From sequence record MG752970.1: 64,000 nt of DNA. The stretch is one strand, 5' to 3'. The notes under the pieces are model-generated. The model was given only the letters and a program-made list of their open reading frames with translations, ran no database searches and was not told where the DNA came from. A program made the translations under genes and the position numbers. Numbering within the stretch: the first letter of the stretch is position 1; every line of letters begins with the position of its first letter. Of this stretch, positions 1-8,998 are shown one piece after another.

Positions 1-333
1 TACGTCAAGATCAAGTACAGCAAAATTGGAAAACAATGGAACCCTGGTTCCAAAGCAACCGTCAGATGCGTTCTAGATAAGGCTTTATCATTCAGTGATA
101 AGCAGCTCATTCGAGAGCAGATGATTGAAAAGTTTTCTCTTAGAGGTTTTTCTTTTGAAGAACAAACTACCGACAAGGAAGACGATGATAAGGATCTAGA
201 AGGAATCAAGATTCAATCAATCGATACTATCGTTGCCGAACTTCTAAATCAAATTGAAGACACGCCATCAATAGATAAATCAACATTGATTGAAATTTTC
301 CAAGGATTAAAAACCGATGAATCTAAAGCTTGA
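1..333 (+). CDS. gp47: C-terminal part of gp47-like (Mre11/SbcD) recombination nuclease, starts upstream of window
   Basis: Frame 1 is open from base 1 (YVKIKYSKIGKQW...) into the 121..333 ORF; overlaps start of gp46 as in T4 47-46. Catalytic N-terminus not visible. Confidence 0.6.
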   Translation, partial: YVKIKYSKIGKQWNPGSKATVRCVLDKALSFSDKQLIREQMIEKFSLRGFSFEEQTTDKEDDDKDLEGIKIQSIDTIVAELLNQIEDTPSIDKSTLIEIFQGLKTDESKA

Positions 334-2059
334 TAAAATACGGCTTCGAAACTTTATGAGTTTCGGAAACAACACCATGGAGATAGATCTTGATCAACCA
401 GGATCTATCCATGTTGTTGGCGTAAATCTCGACAATGCAAATCAGGCAAATGGCATTGGTAAAACAACCATGCTGAATGCTATTTCGTATGCATTCTATG
501 ACAAGCCAATCAGCAAAATCTCTAAGGACAAACTAATCAACATTCGGAATGGTAAGTCGTCAGAAATGATGGTGCAACTTACTTTCGAAAAGGGTGGTAA
601 GTCATATGAGATTACTAGATACCGTGGATCAAAGGTTGACGTTAAGTTCATGTGCGATGGTCAAGACCTTGCACCAAACTCTACCGATAATGTGAATCAA
701 AAAATTCTAGATGTGATTGGGATAAGCTACGAATTATTTTCAAAGATTGTCGTCTTCTCAAAAGAGTCAGTTGACTTTTTGGATATGCCAGTAGGATCAC
801 AGCGCGATCTCATCGAAGAACTTTTCAACATCACCATTCTGTCATCTAAAGCCGAAATACTGAAGAAACAGATCGTATCTACTCAGAAGCAAATTGACAT
901 CCTGAACGTTGAAGTAAAAGCAATCAATGATGCCAACGCATTGCGCGAGAAACAAATAGCCGATGCGGAGAAACGAGTGCTTCAATGGGAAGACAACAAA
1001 GTATCTAAAATTTCTCAGCTAGAGAAAGATAAAAGTGCTTTCAATGGAATTGATTTTGAAGGTCAGATAGAAGCAGTAACATTGCTGACCACACTTCAAC
1101 AATTACTGAGAGATCAAACATCTGCATTGGCATCAGGACAAAGAGATTTCGAAAGACTGCAAAAGAAAGCGAACGATCTAGAATCGGAAAATCGTCATCT
1201 TATTTCCAATACATGCCCGTACTGTAATCAAACTTTCAGTTCTGCAGACAAGGATAAAAAGATCGTTGACAATCAAGCACTCATTGATCAAATTTGTCTT
1301 GAAGCTACCGATATTGCAATGAAAAATGCATCCATCAGTGGTGACATCGCAGGGATTGAAGAGCAGCTAAATGAGGTCAAAACTTTCTGTCAGTATTCAA
1401 GCGTCAAGGAAATCACGACTCTTAAGTCGCATTTTGATTCGATCGATAGTCAAATAACACAACTGAATTCTACCGACAATCCACATCTTGAGGCTTATGC
1501 GGCACTTCTCGATAGTCCAATTCAAGAAAATAAGACGGAAGATCTTGATAAGGCAGTTAAACAGTTAGAGCACATGAAGTTTCTTCTGAAGCTGCTCACA
1601 GACAAGAAGTCATTCATACGTAAAGCTATTATCAGTCGCACTCTTCCGTTCATGAACAAGCGACTTCAAGATCACGTTAAGGCACTTGAGCTACCGCATG
1701 ACGTGGCTTTCGATTCTGACATGACGTGTATCGTACATAAGAATGGTATTTCTTTGGATTATGGAAACATGTCTGCTGGAGAAAAGCAAAGAGCAAACCT
1801 AGCTCTAGCATTTACTTTCAGAGATGTACTTCAGAACCTGCATACTCCTATTAATGCCATGTTTATGGATGAGGTTGATGGTGGTTCACTCGACACCAAT
1901 GGTATGGACTGTGTTCTTAGATTGATCAAGCAGAAATCAAGAGATGATGGACTTACCATTTGGGTTATCTCTCATCGACAGGAAGTGGTTAATAGATTGG
2001 ATAAGATTATGACTATTTTCAAAGAAAATGATTTCGTATCGAATATAGAGTGGACATAA
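317..2059 (+). CDS. gp46: gp46-like Rad50/SbcC ATPase
   Basis: LRNFMSFGN start, Walker A (NGIGKTT), coiled coil with CPYC zinc hook, signature MSAGEKQR, Walker B MFMDE, ISH motif. Confidence 0.93.
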   Translation: MNLKLDKIRLRNFMSFGNNTMEIDLDQPGSIHVVGVNLDNANQANGIGKTTMLNAISYAFYDKPISKISKDKLINIRNGKSSEMMVQLTFEKGGKSYEITRYRGSKVDVKFMCDGQDLAPNSTDNVNQKILDVIGISYELFSKIVVFSKESVDFLDMPVGSQRDLIEELFNITILSSKAEILKKQIVSTQKQIDILNVEVKAINDANALREKQIADAEKRVLQWEDNKVSKISQLEKDKSAFNGIDFEGQIEAVTLLTTLQQLLRDQTSALASGQRDFERLQKKANDLESENRHLISNTCPYCNQTFSSADKDKKIVDNQALIDQICLEATDIAMKNASISGDIAGIEEQLNEVKTFCQYSSVKEITTLKSHFDSIDSQITQLNSTDNPHLEAYAALLDSPIQENKTEDLDKAVKQLEHMKFLLKLLTDKKSFIRKAIISRTLPFMNKRLQDHVKALELPHDVAFDSDMTCIVHKNGISLDYGNMSAGEKQRANLALAFTFRDVLQNLHTPINAMFMDEVDGGSLDTNGMDCVLRLIKQKSRDDGLTIWVISHRQEVVNRLDKIMTIFKENDFVSNIEWT

Positions 2060-2080
2060 AATCATTCTTATTCCTAAACC

Positions 2081-2108
2081 AGGGACCCATATGGGTCCCT
2101 TTTTATTT
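2081..2108 (+). terminator. Intrinsic terminator after gp46
   Basis: Perfect palindrome AGGGACCCATATGGGTCCCT followed by T tract. Confidence 0.85.
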
Positions 2109-2116
2109 TGGTCCTA

Positions 2117-2123
2117 ATAAATA
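2117..2123 (+). promoter_or_regulatory. Late promoter box ATAAATA
   Basis: Core of T4 gp55 late promoter TATAAATA; recurs upstream of many genes here. Confidence 0.65.
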
Positions 2124-2169
2124 TTTCCATGCTGGTTTCAATCAGTAACAATTCGAAAATATTTTCCAT

Positions 2170-2727
2170 ATGGCCACAAATAAGAATAAACCGACGGCAG
2201 AAAAGAAGACGAAGCGTGTCGACAGTCGTGCCAAGGGTGCTGGGTTTGAACGCACCCTATCAAAATTTCTATCTGAAAAATTGAACCCGCTTAAATTTAC
2301 CCGTTCTCAAATGTCTGGGGCGATTGTTGGTGGTGTGAATTACGAAAAGGTAGGAGCAAACTACAAGCGTGAAGCATTACGACTCTTTGTAGGTGATGTA
2401 GTTCCAACCAACGAAGGTGAAAATGGAATCAGTTTCAACTTCAGCGTTGAAGCGAAGTTCTATAAAACAGTTCCAACCATGAAGCAGTTGTTTGATGATA
2501 CGTGCCTCGTGTATGGTTGGATGGAAGAAGCCATAATTGATGCTGCGAAGCTCGATGTACATCCTATCGTAATATTCAAGTTCAACAACACTCCCATCTT
2601 TACTGCAACTCCCAGTCACATCGCCATTCCAGATGGAGTCAATCACACCAAGTTAAAAAATGGCATCAATGTTTGCATGCTAGATGATCTCATACAGCAT
2701 TTGGATTTTTGGGTTACCAAAGCATGA
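2170..2727 (+). CDS. Hjc-like PD-(D/E)XK Holliday junction resolvase
   Basis: KGAGFER motif, GDVV, VEAK catalytic motif; next to gp46/47. Confidence 0.75.
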   Translation: MATNKNKPTAEKKTKRVDSRAKGAGFERTLSKFLSEKLNPLKFTRSQMSGAIVGGVNYEKVGANYKREALRLFVGDVVPTNEGENGISFNFSVEAKFYKTVPTMKQLFDDTCLVYGWMEEAIIDAAKLDVHPIVIFKFNNTPIFTATPSHIAIPDGVNHTKLKNGINVCMLDDLIQHLDFWVTKA

Positions 2728-3365
2728 AAGAATCTAATGTGTATCGCACAAATGTGTATAGGGCTGCGGGCGTTGGGATGCTCGATTTAGTAGATAGATT
2801 AACTGGTAGTCTTCTAACATACAAATCTTTGGTTGACTATACCAGCCCACTAATCTCAAAGAATACCAACAATTCATTCTTCTACATATCGGATGATGAA
2901 CTGAAAGACAATGTGAAGAGACATCACTTAATGAACCCCATTATGTTCACCAAGATGATCTCTTCAACCGTCAAACATTTCAAAAATACGAAATATAGAG
3001 TAAAATTGGCAGAGCCACATCCACTTACTCATCGATCTTTTCAAATAGCATCCGATTTATTCACGCTAGATAAGATAGATACTAATGAATACCTAGATGG
3101 AGTAGGATCACGAAAGAGAAACTATACCGTCAAGAGTGTTCATCGGGTGTCAAGCTCACTAGTAGCCGATTTCTACATTGAAAACCTAAGAGATGGTTCT
3201 TATTCTCACCTGATTTTAAGACCAAAGTTTGGACATGGATCCGCCAAACTGACAGAATGGGAAGTCGTTATTCATAAAACAGTCCAAGATTCATACTTGA
3301 TCACCCACATTGACACCGATCTAGAGATCAAGGATCTTAAGCATTTCGCAAACAGAGGAATTTAA
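2724..3365 (+). CDS. Hypothetical protein, possibly TnpB N-terminal (REC/WED)-like, no RuvC domain
   Basis: ATGA overlap with resolvase stop supports start at 2724; TnpB resemblance is architectural only. Confidence 0.6.
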   Translation: MKESNVYRTNVYRAAGVGMLDLVDRLTGSLLTYKSLVDYTSPLISKNTNNSFFYISDDELKDNVKRHHLMNPIMFTKMISSTVKHFKNTKYRVKLAEPHPLTHRSFQIASDLFTLDKIDTNEYLDGVGSRKRNYTVKSVHRVSSSLVADFYIENLRDGSYSHLILRPKFGHGSAKLTEWEVVIHKTVQDSYLITHIDTDLEIKDLKHFANRGI

Positions 3366-3623
3366 ATGAACGCAAAGAAAGCAAAGCAACTACGCCGTAT
3401 GGCCCGTGAAGTAGCGCAAGCAGCTCAATTACCTGAAGGCGCCGTATACGATGAAAAGGAATATTTAGTTCCTAACATGCAGAAGTTTATGACCATGACT
3501 GAGCGGGAAGCAGAAGATCGTGCTAGAGTTACGGCACGCGATATTTCAGATGTACACGTCACCCGTACTCTGAATGCAGATTGCGAACGCGCTCTATATC
3601 AGCGCCTGAAAGCCGCTGTTTGA
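3366..3623 (+). CDS. Small basic hypothetical protein
   Basis: 85 aa ORF abutting upstream stop, followed by terminator. Confidence 0.75.
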   Translation: MNAKKAKQLRRMAREVAQAAQLPEGAVYDEKEYLVPNMQKFMTMTEREAEDRARVTARDISDVHVTRTLNADCERALYQRLKAAV

Positions 3624-3636
3624 TTTTTCTAAGAAT

Positions 3637-3664
3637 ATGGCACCATCCTGTGGTGCCATTCTTT
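3637..3664 (+). terminator. Intrinsic terminator
   Basis: ATGGCACCA-tcctg-TGGTGCCAT then TCTTT. Confidence 0.7.
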
Positions 3665-3679
3665 AAATTAAATCAAACA

Positions 3680-4170
3680 TCCGTTTCGCTGCCTTTGTCA
3701 GGATGCTAGTCACGAAACGATTCAAGTGAGTTCTTGAATGTAAAGATGGTTCATCGAACATATCGATGACGCTGAATAACCCAGTTACAAAATATAACAA
3801 AGAATTCAGGGAGCCGATCCAGTCAAACGGAGCCCCCTTGGTAGAGTAGCAGCCCTATGGTTATTGTAGAAGTTGCAGATGCTATCAAAAACAATCGAGC
3901 AAGCTAGAGACGGTTCTTGATATGGCGCAATGCTTAAAATGATGGTTGAATGTCCGTTACCATCAATGCTCGTATACTAAAACTCAAGTATATAAAATAT
4001 TCCAGATCAGCAAATACAGATTTTGCTGGATAACTAAATCGTTAATGGTTGCGATTTAGTGAAGATCGGCGTCAACGACACCACGCAAGAAGCACAACCG
4101 GTAAAGCGTTACCTGGACGGGTTGAAGAGAAATCTTCTGAAGTGCGAACCATTATTTGAAGCATCCCGAA
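3680..4170 (+). ncRNA. Candidate large structured non-coding RNA (strand not established)
   Basis: No credible ORF; many hairpins (3720-3739, 3751-3769, 3940-3965, 4008-4028, 4033-4060, 4095-4124, 4124-4137 with GAAA loop) and nested long-range complements 3701-3707/4160-4166 and 3746-3752/4146-4152. Confidence 0.4.
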
Positions 4171-4763
4171 TTTTTTGCGCCGAGGCAGGCGCTCTGGTGT
4201 TCCCCAATCGTCTTACGATTAAGATCGTAATCATTAAGAAGAAACAAAAATTCCCCATGACGATCATTGCAAGAACGAACGCCAGTGAGTGATGCAATGA
4301 GACGTCGAGCAAGCGACAGCTGCTCTGATCTAGTCGACTAGATCAATATTGTAGGAAGAAGTCACAAACCAAAGAATGAAATATACATGAGTTTGGACCT
4401 GCATTAAATAGAAATACATCCTGGCAGTACTTTAATGGAAACTGACTTAACTCACCAGTTTCCATTATTTTTGCGCCGGATCCGGCCAAATAGGCAAAAG
4501 GAGCGGCAAGAAGACACCGCTCAGCTATCGATCATGGCCGCTCACTGGCGTTCGCTTCCATTCCGAAGCTTGTGGGTTCTATCTGTCTATATTGGCAGCT
4601 GATACCCATCTGATCTATCTGGTGCATCTCCGTTCATTCCTGTCTCGAATTGACACATACCACATCATCCGTCTGACCCAATTCATCTGGACACCTCTGG
4701 AGAGGCCATGCCCAGTTGTTCAGAACTAGAAACTCGTTCCGGATCCTAAGATTTAGATAAGAG
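4170..4763. other. Palindrome/hairpin-rich non-coding element, origin-like or RNA switch
   Basis: 20-bp perfect palindrome 4326-4345, 12-bp stem 4433-4467, 14-nt complement 4276-4289/4541-4554, direct repeat TTTTTGCGCCG at 4172 and 4468. Confidence 0.5.
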
Positions 4764-4787
4764 AAAAGGAGCCTTTCGGCTCCTTTT
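4764..4787 (-). terminator. Intrinsic terminator for the gp26-like unit
   Basis: Minus strand AAAAGGAGCC-GAAA-GGCTCCTTTT, overlapping stop of the -1 frame extension. Confidence 0.85.
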
Positions 4788-5034
4788 ACAGTGATGCAAC
4801 CAGCTTTTCCATCCATGTCTTTCCTTTTATGATACCTTCTCGTTTCTTAGTTAGAAACTCAACGGCTAGTTCTCTTTCTGCAGCTGACATCATTAAGACG
4901 TCTTCGTATTTTAAGGAACCTTTTGAATAAAAGGAAATTTCTAGAGCACTCTTGATTAGATTTTCCGTATCCTTTGCAAAATAGCTGATTGTTCTCGTGA
5001 TTAGATGATAATCACGAGACCGTATTACTCGGAA
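4786..5034 (-). CDS. -1 frame extension of gp26-like chaperone (82 aa, missed by ORF track)
   Basis: Open -1 frame after T9 run: FRVIRSRDY...ISFYSKGSLKYEDVLMMSAAERE...LVASL*, no Met in its first 47 codons; ends in a terminator. Confidence 0.7.
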   Translation of the reverse strand, partial: FRVIRSRDYHLITRTISYFAKDTENLIKSALEISFYSKGSLKYEDVLMMSAAERELAVEFLTKKREGIIKGKTWMEKLVASL

Positions 5035-5825
5035 AAAAAAACTATCGGGTTGGTTGGGAGATCAACTTGGAATGGCTGTCCACAATCCTTGCAAGTCAAT
5101 GTGACTTGCTGCTGAGTTCCCCACGCTGAGGCGTTTTCAATGGCTGAACCAATCAAATTCACATCCTTGGTGCTCAGATATCTAGCCCATTCACCAATCA
5201 TTGCCTTATCTGTGACGTTGTCCACAGAGTATATGATTGAGCATAGATTTTTTAGAATGTTGTCTTGAATATCTTCAACACTGGTTTCAGAATCTAATCC
5301 ACCTTGAGCTGAACGCTGCATTAGCTCTACTAGATTCTTATAACGTAGTGGCTCAAGCTTTACACTCTGACCGGTACTAATTGTCACGGTTGACTGCTCG
5401 TTGATTGTGGTTGGATCTAATTCGCGAATGTTCTTTACGAACTCATCAAGATCTACTTCGTAAGAATGTGATTCGGCTTTCTCACAATTATGCTCTGCGT
5501 CGACAGAAAATTTTGAACCGTACGTTGCAACTCTTAGGAAGACCATCAGTGCATCAACATCTTTACCAAATAGTTCATTAGGTTTCTTGATGTCTGGAAT
5601 GCACTCTGCGAAGACTTCATCGATTGCTCTACCAGAGAACAACATGTCGATGTTCTTGAGTTTAATTTCCGCTATAGCCGAAAGTGGATGAACGTGGACT
5701 TCGCCATTTGCTACGTTAGGTCCTAGTTCACCGTTTTGATACAAGTGGCCACCAGATGGAAGCTTGAACACTCGTCCAGGTAGTTTAATTTTTGCTAGGA
5801 GGGGGTTTGTAATTGCTGAATCCAT
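5025..5825 (-). CDS. gp26: gp26-like baseplate hub / tail assembly chaperone
   Basis: LPSGGHLY N-terminus, VFLRVATYG, internal HNC and C-terminal CKDC zinc-like motif; adjacent to tape measure. Confidence 0.75.
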   Translation of the reverse strand: MDSAITNPLLAKIKLPGRVFKLPSGGHLYQNGELGPNVANGEVHVHPLSAIAEIKLKNIDMLFSGRAIDEVFAECIPDIKKPNELFGKDVDALMVFLRVATYGSKFSVDAEHNCEKAESHSYEVDLDEFVKNIRELDPTTINEQSTVTISTGQSVKLEPLRYKNLVELMQRSAQGGLDSETSVEDIQDNILKNLCSIIYSVDNVTDKAMIGEWARYLSTKDVNLIGSAIENASAWGTQQQVTLTCKDCGQPFQVDLPTNPIVFFSE

Positions 5826-5855
5826 GGATTCTCCGATTTCTTATAAGATATGAGC

Positions 5856-5885
5856 TATTTATCAGGAACTAAAAGCTCATAAATA
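5856..5885. promoter_or_regulatory. Divergent late promoter pair
   Basis: ATAAATA on minus (5856-5862) and plus (5879-5885), within inverted repeat ATGAGCT/AGCTCAT. Confidence 0.7.
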
Positions 5886-5912
5886 TTAGGTAATCCATCT
5901 TGAAGAGACGCT

Positions 5913-8468
5913 ATGGCTACAGATCCACAAATAACCGGTCTGATAATCGCGGTTAACAATCTTGTCAATATCCTACAGAAGCAATCGTCCACCGCCGGCA
6001 TTGGTCGTCATGGACAGACCTACGCTACGACGGGTGTGAATGTAAACAGACAACAGAACTCGGGTACTGGGACTGCTAAGAAATCTAAGGAACAAATTCA
6101 GCTTGAAGCTACCATTAAGACTGCTGGTAAAAGTCTGAAGGATCTAACCATGTCGACTGACATGGTGATGGAAGCTTTAAAGAGCATGAAGTTTGGTCTA
6201 GGAACGTCAGCAAAGCAATTCAAGGAACTGCAGGCTAATGCGAATGCGTTAACTAAATCGCTGCTGAATACCCGCGGAACGACCGAGAAGATGCAGGAAC
6301 GTCTTCTGAAGAACATTAAAGATCAGGTTGATGCAAGTTCGAAGTATACAAACGTGGTTGATGAACAAGTTAGTTCATTCAAGAAGATTGAGACTGTTCT
6401 AGATAAGGTTGGTAAAGAGCTTGCCGATTATCAACAGACTCTTGAAAATCTAGGATCTGAAAATTTAGAACAAACTAAGGATACCAGCCAGTTGCGTAAG
6501 GCTATGCGTCGATACGCTAGACGCAATAAGGACGCTGAAGCTATCCTTAAGAAGCACAATATTTCAACTGAGGAAGGAGCGCGTGCTGCCGCTAAGGAAA
6601 TGGATGGTGTTATCCTTGCGCGCAGAAAGTTGAAAGAATCGATTGACAACGAAATTAAGAGATACGGTAAAGAAGCAAGCTGGAAAATTCCTTTAAATGA
6701 GACCAAAAATCGGCTTCTTAAGCGTCATGGTCTAGACAGACTTGCTACTGGTTCTGGATCGTTGTCAATGATGGCAGAAGGGGTTGAAAAGCTATACAAG
6801 GATTACAGAACATATGCGTCCAAGGGATTTGGTGGTGAATCCATAGGAAGCGTTCAGCTCAATTCCTCATTGAATGGAATGACACCTGATCAGTATTCGG
6901 ATCTGATGAAGAACAACATGAATGCTGTTGTTCAAACAGGTGGTGCTAATGGATTCAGCAATGTGTTGTCGTCCGGTCGTATGCCATTCCTTAAGGCGGG
7001 TCTTGGACTGGCCGATGCTGCAAAAGCTTCTGCGAATGCCGTTGATACTGGTTCTGCTAATCTAGGTATCAAGGCATCTGATACTCGTGCAATGGCCAAA
7101 TTTATTCAGTCGTACGCTGAACAATTTAAGGATTTAAGAGCTACTACTGGATTCTCTGCAGATGAATTCGACAAATTTAATGATGCGATGTTGTCGAATG
7201 CAACCATTCAAGGAAAGTTGAGTACGCTTGGTGAAAAGGAACGCATTCAACTTCAAAGTCAGCTCATAGAAGAAGCCAAGAAATTGAAGCTTACCGGCCT
7301 GACTAATGATGCAATGGCTAAAACTATTACCACGCTGAATGATCTACAGGGTCAGTCGGTTGAAGATCGTTTCAGTCAAGGCGCAAACATTAGAGCTGCG
7401 GGTTCAATGTTGGGACTGAATGATCAAGCTTCTCGTATTCAGGCAACGATGCTTAAGGGCAAGGCGGCAACTCCTGAGGAACTCACACAGATGGCTTCCG
7501 ATATGGCTGCCATACAGAAAGAAATTGACCGTTTAGAGAACTCTGGTAATCTGAATGATCAAGTGAAAGCAGATGCTCTCAAGAAAATGGTTGGTAAACA
7601 GTTTGAAGAAACTGGTAGAAACATTAACGTTGCGCAACCTGGTAGACAACTAACATCTGAACAAGCATTAGCCCAGCGTGATCGTGGAGACGTATCAGCA
7701 CCAATGGCAATAATTAATGGTGGAATAGATATGACCAAATCGGTGGTGTCTAATCCATGGGTTGATACATTGCTTGGTGCAGGTGGCGTAATAGCTGCAG
7801 GTGGTGCCAAAAAATATATCGCTAACAAGTTTTTCTCTGGCGGTGCAGGAATGTCAGGAGGTGGGGGACTTGGAACTTCTATTCTTGGCGCTAGTAAAAC
7901 TGGTATGGGTTCTATAACGGCAGATGTTGCTGGTGATGCCGGAAAAGCAGCTTTAGCGGGTGGTGCAAAGGGTCTTGGTAAAGGTGTTCTAGGAAAAGCT
8001 ATTCCAATGCTAGGAACGTTACTGGGCGTTGCAGATATTGGAATGGGATTGTACAACCATGATGGTGGTCAAGTAGGTTCCGGCGTCGGTGGACTTATTG
8101 GCGCAGGCCTTGGCACCCTACTAGGTGGTCCTATTGGTATGGCCCTTGGTGGTATCGCAGGCAGTGCACTTGGTGGAGTAATCGGAAATATGGTTAGTCC
8201 GTCTCAGAAGGACGTAAAAACCATAACAAATGACACGGATGATTCTTCTAAACCGCAGGCAACCGATCAAGCTGCAGCCCAAGCGCTGGCGGCACAAACT
8301 GATCAGCTGATGGGAATGAACGCTAAGTTGAGTGCGTTGATTGATCTTGCAAGCAAGAATCTTGCAATTGAGCAAGAAAAGGTAGATGCTCTTAAGGCTG
8401 CACGCCTCGATGATCCTAGTAGATGGGCTCCAACTCAAGCAAACATGGTAGCTAGCTGGAACTACTGA
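5913..8468 (+). CDS. Tape-measure-like protein
   Basis: 851 aa, helical Ala/Lys/Gln-rich, C-terminal glycine zipper (GGLIGAGLGTLLGGPIG), beside hub chaperone. Confidence 0.7.
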   Translation: MATDPQITGLIIAVNNLVNILQKQSSTAGIGRHGQTYATTGVNVNRQQNSGTGTAKKSKEQIQLEATIKTAGKSLKDLTMSTDMVMEALKSMKFGLGTSAKQFKELQANANALTKSLLNTRGTTEKMQERLLKNIKDQVDASSKYTNVVDEQVSSFKKIETVLDKVGKELADYQQTLENLGSENLEQTKDTSQLRKAMRRYARRNKDAEAILKKHNISTEEGARAAAKEMDGVILARRKLKESIDNEIKRYGKEASWKIPLNETKNRLLKRHGLDRLATGSGSLSMMAEGVEKLYKDYRTYASKGFGGESIGSVQLNSSLNGMTPDQYSDLMKNNMNAVVQTGGANGFSNVLSSGRMPFLKAGLGLADAAKASANAVDTGSANLGIKASDTRAMAKFIQSYAEQFKDLRATTGFSADEFDKFNDAMLSNATIQGKLSTLGEKERIQLQSQLIEEAKKLKLTGLTNDAMAKTITTLNDLQGQSVEDRFSQGANIRAAGSMLGLNDQASRIQATMLKGKAATPEELTQMASDMAAIQKEIDRLENSGNLNDQVKADALKKMVGKQFEETGRNINVAQPGRQLTSEQALAQRDRGDVSAPMAIINGGIDMTKSVVSNPWVDTLLGAGGVIAAGGAKKYIANKFFSGGAGMSGGGGLGTSILGASKTGMGSITADVAGDAGKAALAGGAKGLGKGVLGKAIPMLGTLLGVADIGMGLYNHDGGQVGSGVGGLIGAGLGTLLGGPIGMALGGIAGSALGGVIGNMVSPSQKDVKTITNDTDDSSKPQATDQAAAQALAAQTDQLMGMNAKLSALIDLASKNLAIEQEKVDALKAARLDDPSRWAPTQANMVASWNY

Positions 8469-8470
8469 AA

Positions 8471-8965
8471 TCAGTGTGCGGCATTCTTGATGATCGTGGC
8501 AGCTTGAACTACAAGATCGGTAAAGATCGGTACTCCACTGATAAGTTGCATCGCAGCGCACTCAAGGACTACACAGCCAGCAAACAAGAGAATGCCGGTA
8601 CCATCATTTTCTTCAGGATCAAGATCAAATAGAGTATCAACGATGGTGGATTGACACACGGTGACCGTGAACAAAGCGAGTACTACAACGATCACCATTT
8701 GAAACAGGAACAATCCACCTTCATGTACACTCTGAATTGCCGAAAAAAGTGCCACGATGCTGATGCCGCCGCCGAGGATTGCGATAGCAGCCTTGATGCT
8801 GAAAACTGCAGCATATAGACCGGCGCCATTTTGAATCCGGCGGCTTTTTGCGTAGGCATAGCTGGGAATCCAGAAGAGGATGACAGCAAAGAAGCAAAAG
8901 AACAGAACTGCTTTCACCAACTCCCAGATTCTCTGAATCAGTGTTTCCGGTACATTGTAGTACAT
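8471..8965 (-). CDS. Multi-pass membrane protein
   Basis: About 4 hydrophobic segments; GAGGT RBS before ATG at 8965. Confidence 0.7.
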   Translation of the reverse strand: MYYNVPETLIQRIWELVKAVLFFCFFAVILFWIPSYAYAKSRRIQNGAGLYAAVFSIKAAIAILGGGISIVALFSAIQSVHEGGLFLFQMVIVVVLALFTVTVCQSTIVDTLFDLDPEENDGTGILLFAGCVVLECAAMQLISGVPIFTDLVVQAATIIKNAAH

Positions 8966-8998
8966 GATCGAATACCTCATAAAACTGTTTATGGTTTC

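Noticed and set aside
3680-4763. Group I intron, RNase P RNA, tmRNA or tRNA in the non-coding block
   Set aside because: TCAACGAC at about 4072 resembles a group I R element but no S element or interrupted gene is seen; no GAGGAAAGTCC, no tRNA-like ends or cloverleaf found
4059-4816. Short ORFs 4059-4292, 4109-4312 and 4634-4816
   Set aside because: No RBS, overlap palindromes or the terminator, atypical composition; likely chance ORFs
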